Below, piece after piece: positions 30,744 to 41,015 of a stretch of 59,208 nt of DNA. Position 1 is the stretch's first letter, and each line of letters opens with the position of its first letter. Source of the stretch: Candidatus Enterousia sp. (GTDB taxonomy: Bacteria; Pseudomonadota; Alphaproteobacteria; Rs-D84); NCBI GenBank assembly GCA_045648665.1, contig JAZROL010000019.1, forward strand, positions 1 to 59,208, given 5' to 3'. The translations under genes were made by a program, and so were the position numbers. The notes beneath the pieces are model-generated. The model made no database searches and was not told the origin of the DNA. It was given only the letters and a program-made list of their open reading frames with translations.

Positions 30744-32324
30744 TTATTCATGTCTATTGGAATATTTTCCATCAATCAACCATTGACGAACAACATGGTG
30801 TTTAATTTTTTGTGTGCTGGTTACAGGTAAATCATCAGTTGTCATCGCGAAATGCGTCACCCATTTATACGAAGCAACTTTTTTATTAGCGTTCGCAACA
30901 GCTGCTGCCAATTTTTCCATTGTCATACCTTCTTCTACACTAAATACACCATATGCAACAGTTTTGCCGTTTAATTCATGTTCAAACACAGCGACACTTT
31001 TTACACCAGGTATTTCAATGAATATGCCTTCTAATTCATCAGGATAAACATTTTTCCCAGAATCCAAAACAATCACTTGTTTTTTGCGTCCGGCAAAATG
31101 CAATTCACCATTTTTATCCATTGATACTAAATCTCCAGTACAGAACCAACCGTCTTTATCAAAAGATTCTTTGTTGGCTTCTTCATTACTCAAATAGCCA
31201 CTAAAGATTTGTTTACCTTTGACCCATAACATACCGATACCAGATTCGTCTTTGTTACGAATTTGTATTTCAGTATCACCCATTGGTGCCCCAAAAGCAT
31301 ACGCAACGCGCTTTTTCAAAGGTTTTGAACAACAGATTGGTCCAACAGTTTCAGTCATTCCATAACCTTGAACAAAAGCCATACCAAGTTGAGAATAAAA
31401 CTTTTCAACTTCCGGTTTAGTAGCAGCACCGCCGGCAACCAACAATCTTGCACGACCACCGAATACAGAACGAATTTGGTTTAATACTTTATTAACCAAT
31501 TTACCCATTCCAAGTGCACGCAATAATTTTTGATTATTCATAATAAATGATACCAACCACCATTTCTTTTTAGCTTTGACACCTTCAATAATTTTTTTAC
31601 GGAATATTTCCCATAACTTTGGCACAGCAGGTATAACCTGTGGTCTGTATTGTGCAAAATCAGCCATAATCGCATTTGGATTAATAGTAGATTGCAACAA
31701 AATCCCCATACCAAAATGAAGCGGAGCCAAAAATCCAACAGCAAAACCAAATACATGGTAAAGAGGTAAAAATCCATAATACATTTCTCCTGGTTTTAAC
31801 CACTGTTTCAAATATTCCAAATTATCGGAACAAGAAACCAAGTTAAAATGTGTTAATGGAACAACTTTTGGTGTTCCGGTTGAACCGGATGTGAAAGACA
31901 TTGTCGCAACATCTTCATCTTTCAAAGGATACGGTTTCAAAGTTTTATCTGTTTCTTCATCTTTTGTTTCAATATCAAAAAATTTAAAATTTTTTGTTTC
32001 ATAGAAAAATGACTTTTCAGCACACACAAATTTTGCACCTGTGATTTTAGTCATATTATCATATTCAACAGATGTTAAATTTGTATCCAGTAATAAAACC
32101 GTAGCACCAAGATACCATATAGCAAACAAAGTTAATGGAAATTGTGGCAAATTATGCGACAAAACCCCAATAACATCACCATGTTTCACACCAAGTTTAT
32201 GCAGTGTTGTTGCGCGTGCTTTTACCAATTCCAAAAAATCTTTAAAAGTGATATTTTCACGAACCAAAAACACTGTTTCTGGATTTCTTTTTACATTTTT
32301 TTCAAGCAATTCATACATATTCAT
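30744..32324 (-). CDS. AMP-binding long-chain acyl-CoA ligase-like protein (paralog 2)
   Basis: FTSGSTGTPK, QGYGMTE, GWFCTGD, GRKK, TSTQKIK. Confidence 0.9.
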   Translation of the reverse strand: MNMYELLEKNVKRNPETVFLVRENITFKDFLELVKARATTLHKLGVKHGDVIGVLSHNLPQFPLTLFAIWYLGATVLLLDTNLTSVEYDNMTKITGAKFVCAEKSFFYETKNFKFFDIETKDEETDKTLKPYPLKDEDVATMSFTSGSTGTPKVVPLTHFNLVSCSDNLEYLKQWLKPGEMYYGFLPLYHVFGFAVGFLAPLHFGMGILLQSTINPNAIMADFAQYRPQVIPAVPKLWEIFRKKIIEGVKAKKKWWLVSFIMNNQKLLRALGMGKLVNKVLNQIRSVFGGRARLLVAGGAATKPEVEKFYSQLGMAFVQGYGMTETVGPICCSKPLKKRVAYAFGAPMGDTEIQIRNKDESGIGMLWVKGKQIFSGYLSNEEANKESFDKDGWFCTGDLVSMDKNGELHFAGRKKQVIVLDSGKNVYPDELEGIFIEIPGVKSVAVFEHELNGKTVAYGVFSVEEGMTMEKLAAAVANANKKVASYKWVTHFAMTTDDLPVTSTQKIKHHVVRQWLIDGKYSNRHE

Positions 32325-32335
32325 AATATTATCCT

Positions 32336-33916
32336 TTATTCATGTTTATTTTGATATTTTCCATCTATTAAATTTTGACGAACAAGATGATGTTTAACCT
32401 TTTGGGTACTTGTCATAGGCAAATCATCATTTGTCATTGCGAAATGTGTCACCCATTTATAAGAGGCCACTTTTTTATTTTGTTCAGCTATTCCTTTTGC
32501 CAATTTATCCATCGTCATATCTTTATCTACGGAAAACACAGCATAAGATACAGTTTTATTTTTTACACGATGTTCAAATACTGCAACATTTTTAACACCT
32601 TCGATTTCCATAAACAAAGCTTCCAATTCATCTGGATAAACATTTTTTCCAGAATCTAAAACAATCACTTGTTTTTTTCGCCCGGCAAAATGATATTGTT
32701 TATTTTTATCCAAATAAACTAAATCGCCAGTATTAAACCAACCATCTTTATCAAACAATTCTTTGTTCGCAGATTTATTATTCAAATAGCCTTTGAATAT
32801 GTTAGGGCCACGAACCCAAAGTGTCCCAACACCACTTTCATCCGCATCACGAATTGTGCATTCTGAACAACCAATAGGCGTTCCAAAAGCAAATGGCACA
32901 CGATGTTTCGACGGGCGCGAACAACAAAATGGCCCAACAGTTTCGGTCATTCCATAACCCTGAACAAAAGTTATACCAAGTGATTCATAAAAACTTTCAA
33001 CCTCTGGTTTAGTGGCAGCGCCACCGGCAATCATCAAACGAACACGACCACCGAAAATATCCTGCAAAGGTTTTTGCACCTTTCTTACCAACCATCCAAA
33101 GCCGATATTTTTCAAGAACTTTTGATACTTCAAAACAAAAGACACAAACCACCACATATGTTTTTCTTTGATGCCTTCTATAATTTTATTACGAAAAACC
33201 TCGTACAAACGTGGCACCGCAGGAATACAATGTGGTTTATATGTTTTAAAATCATCAAGAATATTTTTTGGATTAACAGTTGCTTGCAACAATATACCCA
33301 TATGAAAATACATAGGTGCTAAAATTCCAGCCGCAAAACCAAATATGTGATACAAAGGCAAGAACCCATACATAATTTCATTTTTATGTATCCATTGCCC
33401 CATATCCGCATAATAATCAGACGAACTTTTCAAATTACCATGAGTCAAAGGCACAACCTTTGGCGTTCCGGTTGACCCAGATGTGAAAGACAAAGTTGCA
33501 ATATCATCCGCCATTAATTTAGCCGGTTTTATTTTTGAATTCGCTTTACCATCTGGGGTTTGAATATCAAAGAATTTGAAACCCCTTGCATCATAGAAAA
33601 ATGATTTTTCTGCACACACAAATTTGCATTTAACCGTTTTAGTCATATTATCATATTCAAACGGGGTCAAATTAGTATCCAGCAATAACACTGTTCCACC
33701 CAAATACCAAATTGCAAACAATGTTAAAGGAAATTCCGGAATATTATGTGCTAACAAACCAATAACATCACCAGCTTTCACACCCGCATTATGTAAAGTT
33801 GCTGCACGCGCTTTGATTAAAGATAAAGCCTGTTTAAAAGTGATTTTTTCGCGTACCAAAAACAAGGCGTCAGGTGATTCTTTCGCCACCTGCTCTAAAA
33901 CCTGATACATATTCAT
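32336..33916 (-). CDS. AMP-binding long-chain acyl-CoA ligase-like protein (paralog 1)
   Basis: FTSGSTGTPK, QGYGMTE, GWFNTGD, GRKK, TSTQKVK. Confidence 0.9.
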   Translation of the reverse strand: MNMYQVLEQVAKESPDALFLVREKITFKQALSLIKARAATLHNAGVKAGDVIGLLAHNIPEFPLTLFAIWYLGGTVLLLDTNLTPFEYDNMTKTVKCKFVCAEKSFFYDARGFKFFDIQTPDGKANSKIKPAKLMADDIATLSFTSGSTGTPKVVPLTHGNLKSSSDYYADMGQWIHKNEIMYGFLPLYHIFGFAAGILAPMYFHMGILLQATVNPKNILDDFKTYKPHCIPAVPRLYEVFRNKIIEGIKEKHMWWFVSFVLKYQKFLKNIGFGWLVRKVQKPLQDIFGGRVRLMIAGGAATKPEVESFYESLGITFVQGYGMTETVGPFCCSRPSKHRVPFAFGTPIGCSECTIRDADESGVGTLWVRGPNIFKGYLNNKSANKELFDKDGWFNTGDLVYLDKNKQYHFAGRKKQVIVLDSGKNVYPDELEALFMEIEGVKNVAVFEHRVKNKTVSYAVFSVDKDMTMDKLAKGIAEQNKKVASYKWVTHFAMTNDDLPMTSTQKVKHHLVRQNLIDGKYQNKHE

Positions 33917-33986
33917 AACATAAAATCCTTGTTGTTTTTATATTGGACAGGGTATATTATAGTATTATAAAAAAAAGATTGCAAAC

Positions 33987-34760
33987 ATGAAAATACTGAC
34001 TTTAAATATCAATTCAATTCGCGCACACATAGAAAGTTTTATGGATATTTTGCGCAAAAATGAATACGACACTATATTGGTCCAAGAATTAAAAGTAGAA
34101 AACGCTAATTTTCCTTATAATTTATTAGATGAATATGGATATAATATTAAAGTTTTTGGTCAAAAATCATGGAACGGTGTCGCTACTTTTTCAAAGTATT
34201 CTTTGGAAGATATAACAATGGGCATGCCAAATTATACAGATATAAATGCCAGATTTCTGGAATGCGTTATTGATGGACGTGTTCGTGTAATAAATGTATA
34301 TATGCCAAATGGCGATTGCATAGAGTCACCAAAATTTCCTTATAAACTGGACTGGATGAATGCATTTACACAATATATATCACAATATATCGACAGCGAA
34401 GAACCGGTCATAATCGGTGGTGATTTTAATGTCGCAATTACAGACAAAGACATTTGGAATCCCAAAAATTATATTGGGTCTTCTATATCTGCACCGGCGG
34501 CACGCGACATTATGCAACAATGGTTGAACATGGGTTGGGTTGATATATGGCGCACATTGCACCCAGATGACACAGATTATACTTGGTATGGATATCGTGG
34601 TCGTGACACAGTCGGTAATAAACAAGGATTAAGATTGGATTATTTTTTATGCAATAAATCGGCTGCAAAAATAGTAAAAAACTGTGAAATAGATATCAAC
34701 CCACGCCTGGCGGATAAACCCACAGACCACTGCGGTTTGATGATTGAATTAAAAGATTAA
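33987..34760 (+). CDS. xth: Exodeoxyribonuclease III
   Basis: TLNINSIRA, VQELK, GQKSWNGVA, YMPNG, GDFNVA, GLRLDY, TDH. Confidence 0.93.
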   Translation: MKILTLNINSIRAHIESFMDILRKNEYDTILVQELKVENANFPYNLLDEYGYNIKVFGQKSWNGVATFSKYSLEDITMGMPNYTDINARFLECVIDGRVRVINVYMPNGDCIESPKFPYKLDWMNAFTQYISQYIDSEEPVIIGGDFNVAITDKDIWNPKNYIGSSISAPAARDIMQQWLNMGWVDIWRTLHPDDTDYTWYGYRGRDTVGNKQGLRLDYFLCNKSAAKIVKNCEIDINPRLADKPTDHCGLMIELKD

Positions 34761-37249
34761 TCATCTATACGGGCTAAATCATCCCATTCATGATATTTAG
34801 CACCAACACTGTTGCGATATTCATATGAAGCAACTTTATCGGTACTGTATTGGCCAAATAATTCTTTGACCTTTGCAACGGTATTATCTATCATTTGTTG
34901 TGCGATATCACCACTGTATTCAACCAAATCAACATTTCCGTTTTTCAATTGTAAAAATTGCAAAATTGGTGTTATTGATACATCACGCATTTTTATTGGG
35001 AAACCACCGTTCTGCATTATGTATCCTTCCAAAGGCAACTGTGGCATAGTACCATCTATTAATTGTTTTTTTGTTGGTGCAGCGCCTGTTTTTATATCCA
35101 TCACAAAACCGTCCCAAATTAAATCAGCGCGCGCACGAACATTACGCCCTGCTATATTCACACAACCTAAAACTTCTTTGTATTGAATCGATTTATTTGA
35201 AAAATACAGTTCAACAAAAGGTGCAATTTCACAAAAACGTTTATGCCAAAAATAAAATAATATTGAATTATCTGGTAAAACTTGCTTTGCACGTGCATCC
35301 ATTTCTGCTATTAAATTTTGTGCATTAAAATTTTTTGCATTTTCAATTACATCATGAACCAAGATTCCAAAATTACGTGCATCTGGCAAAATCCAATGAT
35401 CATCTTTTGGTCGCAATCCTAAAATATGTTTCGCATAAAAAGCATACGGATTATGTATTAACAATTCCAATTCAGTCACATAAACATCACTTTTATCAAT
35501 TGGTGGTGTGGGTGGCGTGTAATCAAGCGGATTGTATCGCACATTATCTTCATCTAAAACAGTATTCAAAACATCGTTATTATTTTTTATATCACCGACA
35601 CAAACCCGCACACGCGATAAAAATCTTGATTCAGTTGTCAACACGCCACCAGATTGTTTTGAACGCAACCAATAAACTTCGCCCCCACAAGAAAGAGTCA
35701 TAAAATCCAAAGCCATCAAAGAAACCTTTCTGTTAGGCGATGGCAGACCTAATTTTTCACTAATCTTTCGTGGCAACCATGCATTTTCATATCCAATTGA
35801 GGGGAACATACCTTCGTTTAATCCGGTCAATATCACCACATTCGCAGTTTGCATACGTGATTCTATGGTTCCCAAAACACAAACTTTATAATCATCACTT
35901 GGGTTTTGACGAATTGAAATATTGCTTATCGCGTCCGCAACAAAAGCGCGCGCATCATAAACATTTAACACTATGTTATTAGCGCACAAAATATCAGACA
36001 TCTTTTTTATACTTTCCCACACAGGGATATCTGATTCATTTTCTATATTAAATCCTGGGCGCAAAGAATCCATATTATGTGTATCAATAAATTGCACTAA
36101 CATATTGAAAAGATTATATCCGGATTCAGAATACAATTTTTCATATTCCGAATTTTTACTTTCACCCCAATTATCAAATAAATTTAATATACTGCGCCCC
36201 AACAACGTCATAGTTCCAGAAACACCAGATGAAAAATCAGCATTTATTTTTGCGCGTTGCATTTCCATTTTTATTCTTTGATTTGCCGCGGCGTCAGGCG
36301 TTATTATCAATACTGATTTATTTTGATTTATCGCACGTTTTGCTAAATAAGTTGCAACGCGCGCTTCGTCGCTTTCACGTGGACATTCTATCAATTCGCA
36401 ATTATTTATTTTCAAATTACTATGTTTACCAGAATTTCCAAAAGCATTATTCATAATATCCATAACATTTGAATCACCAACATCCACAGTTTGAACATCA
36501 TCAACACTTAATCCTAAATTTTGCAAAAATTTATATTCTGCATTATATGGATTTGTGTCCAATTCAAAATCATGTACAGAACCGCTTATTTTTCCAGACA
36601 AAATAATTTTACCATTTTCATGTTGCGCAATGGCGTACATCAAATCACGTGTCGCAGGCACAGATCCAGTTGATCCACACACAATAACGCAATCATAATC
36701 GTTTAATTTTTTTATCCAATTTCGAATATCTTGATTTCTTTTTTGCGTTGTTGTTAATCTATCATTTGGTAATTGTTTTAATATGTCTAATATGCGCGCT
36801 TTGTTTTGAAAATGATTTGCGTATTTTTCATCTATCAAAGAAACCCAATCTATGGTTGCAATATCAACGCCTTCATTGGCTAAATAATCCTGCATACGAA
36901 CAAAATCTTTTGCCAAAGGCAACGCAGTTGCAATATTTCCAACGTTTGCATCCATAGACAATAACTTAGCCAAAATAATTATACGTTCTTGATTTGAAAT
37001 AATATCTTCATTGGAATGTAAATCTTCTTCATCATCTGTCCCGTTTCCCAAAGGAACCAAATTAGGCAATAATATAGCATGACCGATTTTATCGACTATC
37101 ATTTTTTCCACACCACGCAACGCACGACGTGAAGGCAGAAAAATCAAAACTTTGGAAAAATCATTTTTATATTTTTCTATGATTTGCCAAAGCGCATCTT
37201 TGATATGCGTTGGATTTGATACATTAAAAATGTTTTTATTTAACACCAA
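34757..37249 (-). CDS. addB: AddB-like double-strand break repair protein (PD-(D/E)XK nuclease)
   Basis: IFLPSRRA, GSTGSVPAT, LGTIESR, GLNEG, VTELELLIHNPYAFYAKHIL, RADL..DIKTG, PQLPLE. Confidence 0.85.
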   Translation of the reverse strand: MVLNKNIFNVSNPTHIKDALWQIIEKYKNDFSKVLIFLPSRRALRGVEKMIVDKIGHAILLPNLVPLGNGTDDEEDLHSNEDIISNQERIIILAKLLSMDANVGNIATALPLAKDFVRMQDYLANEGVDIATIDWVSLIDEKYANHFQNKARILDILKQLPNDRLTTTQKRNQDIRNWIKKLNDYDCVIVCGSTGSVPATRDLMYAIAQHENGKIILSGKISGSVHDFELDTNPYNAEYKFLQNLGLSVDDVQTVDVGDSNVMDIMNNAFGNSGKHSNLKINNCELIECPRESDEARVATYLAKRAINQNKSVLIITPDAAANQRIKMEMQRAKINADFSSGVSGTMTLLGRSILNLFDNWGESKNSEYEKLYSESGYNLFNMLVQFIDTHNMDSLRPGFNIENESDIPVWESIKKMSDILCANNIVLNVYDARAFVADAISNISIRQNPSDDYKVCVLGTIESRMQTANVVILTGLNEGMFPSIGYENAWLPRKISEKLGLPSPNRKVSLMALDFMTLSCGGEVYWLRSKQSGGVLTTESRFLSRVRVCVGDIKNNNDVLNTVLDEDNVRYNPLDYTPPTPPIDKSDVYVTELELLIHNPYAFYAKHILGLRPKDDHWILPDARNFGILVHDVIENAKNFNAQNLIAEMDARAKQVLPDNSILFYFWHKRFCEIAPFVELYFSNKSIQYKEVLGCVNIAGRNVRARADLIWDGFVMDIKTGAAPTKKQLIDGTMPQLPLEGYIMQNGGFPIKMRDVSITPILQFLQLKNGNVDLVEYSGDIAQQMIDNTVAKVKELFGQYSTDKVASYEYRNSVGAKYHEWDDLARIDD

Positions 37250-37790
37250 TAATATCCCTTAACTCAGCGATACCTATTTTCTTTTCAGCGGACGTTTCAA
37301 TTATATCACTTACCATAGCGGGGTGCGATTCATGTGATATTTTTAATTGTTCCACTTCACGAATTTTTTTATCTTTCTTGGTATAAACAATTTGATAACA
37401 AATTCCGTTTTTATCACAAAAATCCATCAATTCTATATCCGCATCTTTTGGTCCAATACGCGAATCTATCAAAATAAAAAGTCTCCTTAATTGCGAACGC
37501 GTTAATAAATATTCCTGTAATCGATTTAACCAACGCAATGCATCAGCCTTTGAAACGCGTGCAAAACCATAACCTGGCAAATCCACCAACATTAATTTAT
37601 CATTAAAATTAAACAAATTGAGACTTTGTGTCCGCCCCGGTGTATTGGAGATACGCGCAACTTTTTCATCAACAATTGCATTTATCAGCGATGATTTCCC
37701 AACATTACTGCGCCCTATGAACGCATATTCCGCAAATAGAGTATTCGGCAAAGACGCAACTGTTTCAAAAGAACCAACAAATTTTATCAT
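37236..37790 (-). CDS. engB: GTP-binding protein EngB (YihA/YsxC)
   Basis: GRSNVGKSSLIN, SNTPGRT, DLPGYG, TKKDK. Confidence 0.95.
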   Translation of the reverse strand: MIKFVGSFETVASLPNTLFAEYAFIGRSNVGKSSLINAIVDEKVARISNTPGRTQSLNLFNFNDKLMLVDLPGYGFARVSKADALRWLNRLQEYLLTRSQLRRLFILIDSRIGPKDADIELMDFCDKNGICYQIVYTKKDKKIREVEQLKISHESHPAMVSDIIETSAEKKIGIAELRDIIGVK

Positions 37791-38575
37791 TTTTTATTCA
37801 CCAATTTTTTATATGCTTCTTTTTTTGATATTCCCGCACGCGCTGCCAACTGTGCCGCCGCTGATTTAGTAGAACCGTCAACAACATCATTTACGATTTC
37901 CGCAATTTCATCATCTGTCATTTTTTTATCGGGTGCAGGTGCAACAACAATAACAATTTCCCCACGGGGTGGTTCTATATTGATTAAATCTGCAGGATAA
38001 CCGATAATTGTTTCTTCGTGAATCTTTGTAATTTCACGCACAATCGCTATCTGGCGCTCTGGCATAACAGATGCCAAAGTCTTAATTGTATCCATAATTC
38101 TGTTTGGGCTTTCATAATAAATAATAGTATGCCGAATTTTATTATCTTCACGAATTTTCTTCGTATCAAAGAAGCCACAAAAAGTAAATCTGTCCGTTGG
38201 AAATCCAGATAATACCAGCGCACTTATAGCAGCGGTTGCCCCCGGCACAACAAATACAGGAATCTTTGCCACACGCGCCGCACGAATTAAACGAAATCCA
38301 GGGTCGCTTATACCCGGCATGCCTGCATCACTTACGGTTGCAATTGCCATACCGTTTTGCATTTTTTCCACCAAAGAATCGACAACTTCGCGTTCATTAT
38401 GTTCATGACATGAAACAGATTTTGTTTTTATATCAAAATGTTGCGCTAATTTAGCAAAAACGCGCGTATCTTCGGCCGCAACCAAATCAACATTACGCAA
38501 AACATCAATCGCACGTGGCGACATATCAGCTAAATTTCCAATTGGTGTTCCAACCACATAAAGCCCTGATTGCAT
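37787..38575 (-). CDS. rsmI: 16S rRNA (cytidine1402-2'-O)-methyltransferase
   Basis: LYVVGTPIGNLAD, AEDTR, SDAGMPGISDPG, YESPNR, REITKIHE. Confidence 0.96.
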   Translation of the reverse strand: MQSGLYVVGTPIGNLADMSPRAIDVLRNVDLVAAEDTRVFAKLAQHFDIKTKSVSCHEHNEREVVDSLVEKMQNGMAIATVSDAGMPGISDPGFRLIRAARVAKIPVFVVPGATAAISALVLSGFPTDRFTFCGFFDTKKIREDNKIRHTIIYYESPNRIMDTIKTLASVMPERQIAIVREITKIHEETIIGYPADLINIEPPRGEIVIVVAPAPDKKMTDDEIAEIVNDVVDGSTKSAAAQLAARAGISKKEAYKKLVNKK

Positions 38576-38623
38576 TTTGTATCCTTTTATAGTAGAATGT
38601 TAATATAAAAAATAGGTTTTTCA

Positions 38624-40243
38624 ATGTATATAAATAAAATTTTAAGTCTTATTGGTTTAACTCTGCTTTTGGCGGGCTGTGGTGGTTCAAAATATATTGT
38701 TCCAGATGTACAATATAATCAAAATGCACCTTCTGCGCCTATTGATGTTCAAAACAGCGTACAATATACATCTACGATGTATGGGGATGATACCGGTGGT
38801 CCAAACGCAAAAATAGCGGTTCTTTTGCCTATGTCCGGTAACACAAAAAGTGTAAGCGATAATATAAAAACATCACTAGAATCCGCCCTTTTGCGTCGCC
38901 CCCAGGCAAATATCAGTTTAACTTTTTATGACTTATCTGGCGACAATGATGAAAAAAATGCAACTATGAAACAGGCGCTTTTAACGAATCCAGATGTAAT
39001 CATAGGCCCGATTTTTGCAGATGATGTAAAAACATTACGCAAAATGAAACCGTCTAAAACACCTGTTTTATCATTTACATCTGATGCCTCTGCCTTGGGT
39101 GATGGGGTAAGTACTGTGAATTTAATCCCAACCCAAAGCATAGAAACAATTATCAAACAAATGCAAAACGATGGCGCAACTTCTGTTTTAATATTGGCAC
39201 CAAATGATAATTCGGGACACTTAATGGTATCTGTCGCAGACAAAGCCACAGACATTTATGATATCCCCATCAAAGGAATCTTTTATTATGATTCTGCGAA
39301 TTCTGAATCAATCAAAGACGTAGCTATGCGCGCATCTATGTACACGACCAGAACGGCGGCCAACACACGCGCCCGCGAAGTGTTATCAGATATAATGTCC
39401 AAAGAAAACCTGACATCAAAAGAACGCGCTAATTTGAACAAACAACTTGAAAAGATTTCACGCACTGAAACTTTAGGGGATTTACCGTATGATGCTGTAT
39501 TATTCCTGGGCAACGGGGAAGACACAAAAACAATGGCTTCATTTTTGCGTTATTATGGAATTGGCAATCGCGATGCAGCATTTTACGGCACAACACTTTG
39601 GCATAATTCTGACATAGCGTCTGATTTCACAATGTCCGGGGCAAAATACGCGACATTACCTGAAATTTCAGATAATTTCAAAAGTCTTTTTGAAATGATT
39701 GGTGGCACAGAACCAGATTATTTAACAGCATTTGGATATGATGCAGCAAATTTAGCATTGGGATTAATATTCACAACAAAACCGAAAGATTCATATCTTT
39801 ATGACCCAAGTGGATACACTGGCACAACCGGAATATTCCGTATTCAACCATCTGGTGAATCAGAACGCGGATTGCGCGTAATGGAATTAAACGCATCAGG
39901 TACCGCAAATGTATTGAAACAATCGCCTGAAAATTTCTTGGTTCCTATTTATAATGTTCATGGTTACGGCACCAGAAAGATATCTGAAAAACCGCTTGTC
40001 ACACGCGGGGTTAATCCTGGGGATTATATAACTATACCTGAACGTTTACGTTATAAATCTGAATATAGAACAAAAACATTGGGCGCAAATTATACAGAAT
40101 CCGAAATAGATAATTCTGCGGAAATGGCACCAATACAAGTTTTTGCCCCCACAAATGAAACGGTGGCAAACCCGGAATATGAATCGGTAAAAACAGACAC
40201 AATCTCGCGCAAATACATAGACAGTGTAGAAATAGAAGAATAA
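38624..40243 (+). CDS. LpoA/LppC-like penicillin-binding protein activator lipoprotein
   Basis: Lipobox LAGC, KIAVLLPMSG, IIGPIF, GYDA, GTTGIFR..G..ERGL. Sits next to rsmI, as is typical. Confidence 0.8.
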   Translation: MYINKILSLIGLTLLLAGCGGSKYIVPDVQYNQNAPSAPIDVQNSVQYTSTMYGDDTGGPNAKIAVLLPMSGNTKSVSDNIKTSLESALLRRPQANISLTFYDLSGDNDEKNATMKQALLTNPDVIIGPIFADDVKTLRKMKPSKTPVLSFTSDASALGDGVSTVNLIPTQSIETIIKQMQNDGATSVLILAPNDNSGHLMVSVADKATDIYDIPIKGIFYYDSANSESIKDVAMRASMYTTRTAANTRAREVLSDIMSKENLTSKERANLNKQLEKISRTETLGDLPYDAVLFLGNGEDTKTMASFLRYYGIGNRDAAFYGTTLWHNSDIASDFTMSGAKYATLPEISDNFKSLFEMIGGTEPDYLTAFGYDAANLALGLIFTTKPKDSYLYDPSGYTGTTGIFRIQPSGESERGLRVMELNASGTANVLKQSPENFLVPIYNVHGYGTRKISEKPLVTRGVNPGDYITIPERLRYKSEYRTKTLGANYTESEIDNSAEMAPIQVFAPTNETVANPEYESVKTDTISRKYIDSVEIEE

Positions 40244-40247
40244 ACAC

Positions 40248-40275
40248 TTGCGTTTATAAAAAAATAAGATATAAT
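40248..40275 (+). promoter_or_regulatory. Sigma70-type promoter for the tRNA pair
   Basis: TTGCGT-16 bp-TATAAT about 20 bp upstream of tRNA-Gly. Confidence 0.6.
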
Positions 40276-40296
40276 CAACAGGCCTTAAGAATTGAC

Positions 40297-40371
40297 GCGA
40301 GCATAGTTCAAAGGCTAGAATGCAAGCCTTCCAAGCTTGAAATGAGGGTTCGATTCCCTCTGCTCGCACCA
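40297..40371 (+). tRNA. tRNA-Gly(TCC)
   Basis: Acceptor GCGAGCA/TGCTCGC, anticodon arm CAAGC-CTTCCAA-GCTTG, T arm GAGGG-TTCGATT-CCCTC, encoded CCA. Confidence 0.97.
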
Positions 40372-40510
40372 TAGGTTTTCACCGAAGCGTAAGCGAGGGC
40401 TGAAGACCTAGTGCCACGCCGTAACAAAGGCATGCGACGAAGAAAGTTGTCAATCAAAGATAATTTATTCGTTGGGATTAAGAACTAGTGAGGCGGGCTA
40501 AAAAAGTTCT

Positions 40511-40597
40511 GGGCGTGCGCCGGAGTTGGAGAGCCGGGGCAGACTGTAAATCTGTTGTCTTAAGACTGAGGTGGTTCGAATCCACCCACTCCCACCA
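40511..40597 (+). tRNA. tRNA-Tyr(GTA)
   Basis: Anticodon arm GCAGA-CTGTAAA-TCTGT, long variable arm, GGTGG-TTCGAAT-CCACC, ACCA end. Confidence 0.95.
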
Positions 40598-40851
40598 AAA
40601 ACACAAACCGACCCTTGTGGTCGGTTTTTGTTTTTGCTGTGATGTGGTTTGGCGAGAAATCACCCGGTTCGACAAGCAGTAGATTTCACAAGTGATAACG
40701 CAGTGAAATCGTCACGATTGCCGCGTAGCCGACACAAAGTGTCGTGCGAGCGAATACGAGAATACACAATTACGAAAATCTTAAAAAATCGAAGTTCACG
40801 AGATTTTTTTGATTTTATTTATTGTGTATCGAGGACACACCCACTTCCACC
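40588..40851 (+). repeat. tRNA-Tyr-linked repeat unit 1 (tRNA 3' end, terminator, structured spacer, second tRNA-end copy)
   Basis: Starts in the tRNA 3' end. Terminator AAACCGACC/GGTCGGTTT, internal stem TACACAAT/ATTGTGTA, ends with CACCCACTTCCACCA (40838-40852). Confidence 0.8.
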
Positions 40852-41015
40852 AAAAGATACACCGCACTTCAAAAGTGCGGTTTTCTTTTAGATTTCATAT
40901 ACTTTCAATGGTTCGAAGAAAGCGTATTTGAAAAAAAACTTATTTTTACCAATCTTCGAACATCCCGGACTTTCAAGTGTTTGCCCCATTCTAATCCACC
41001 GAGGCGGTTTTGTTT

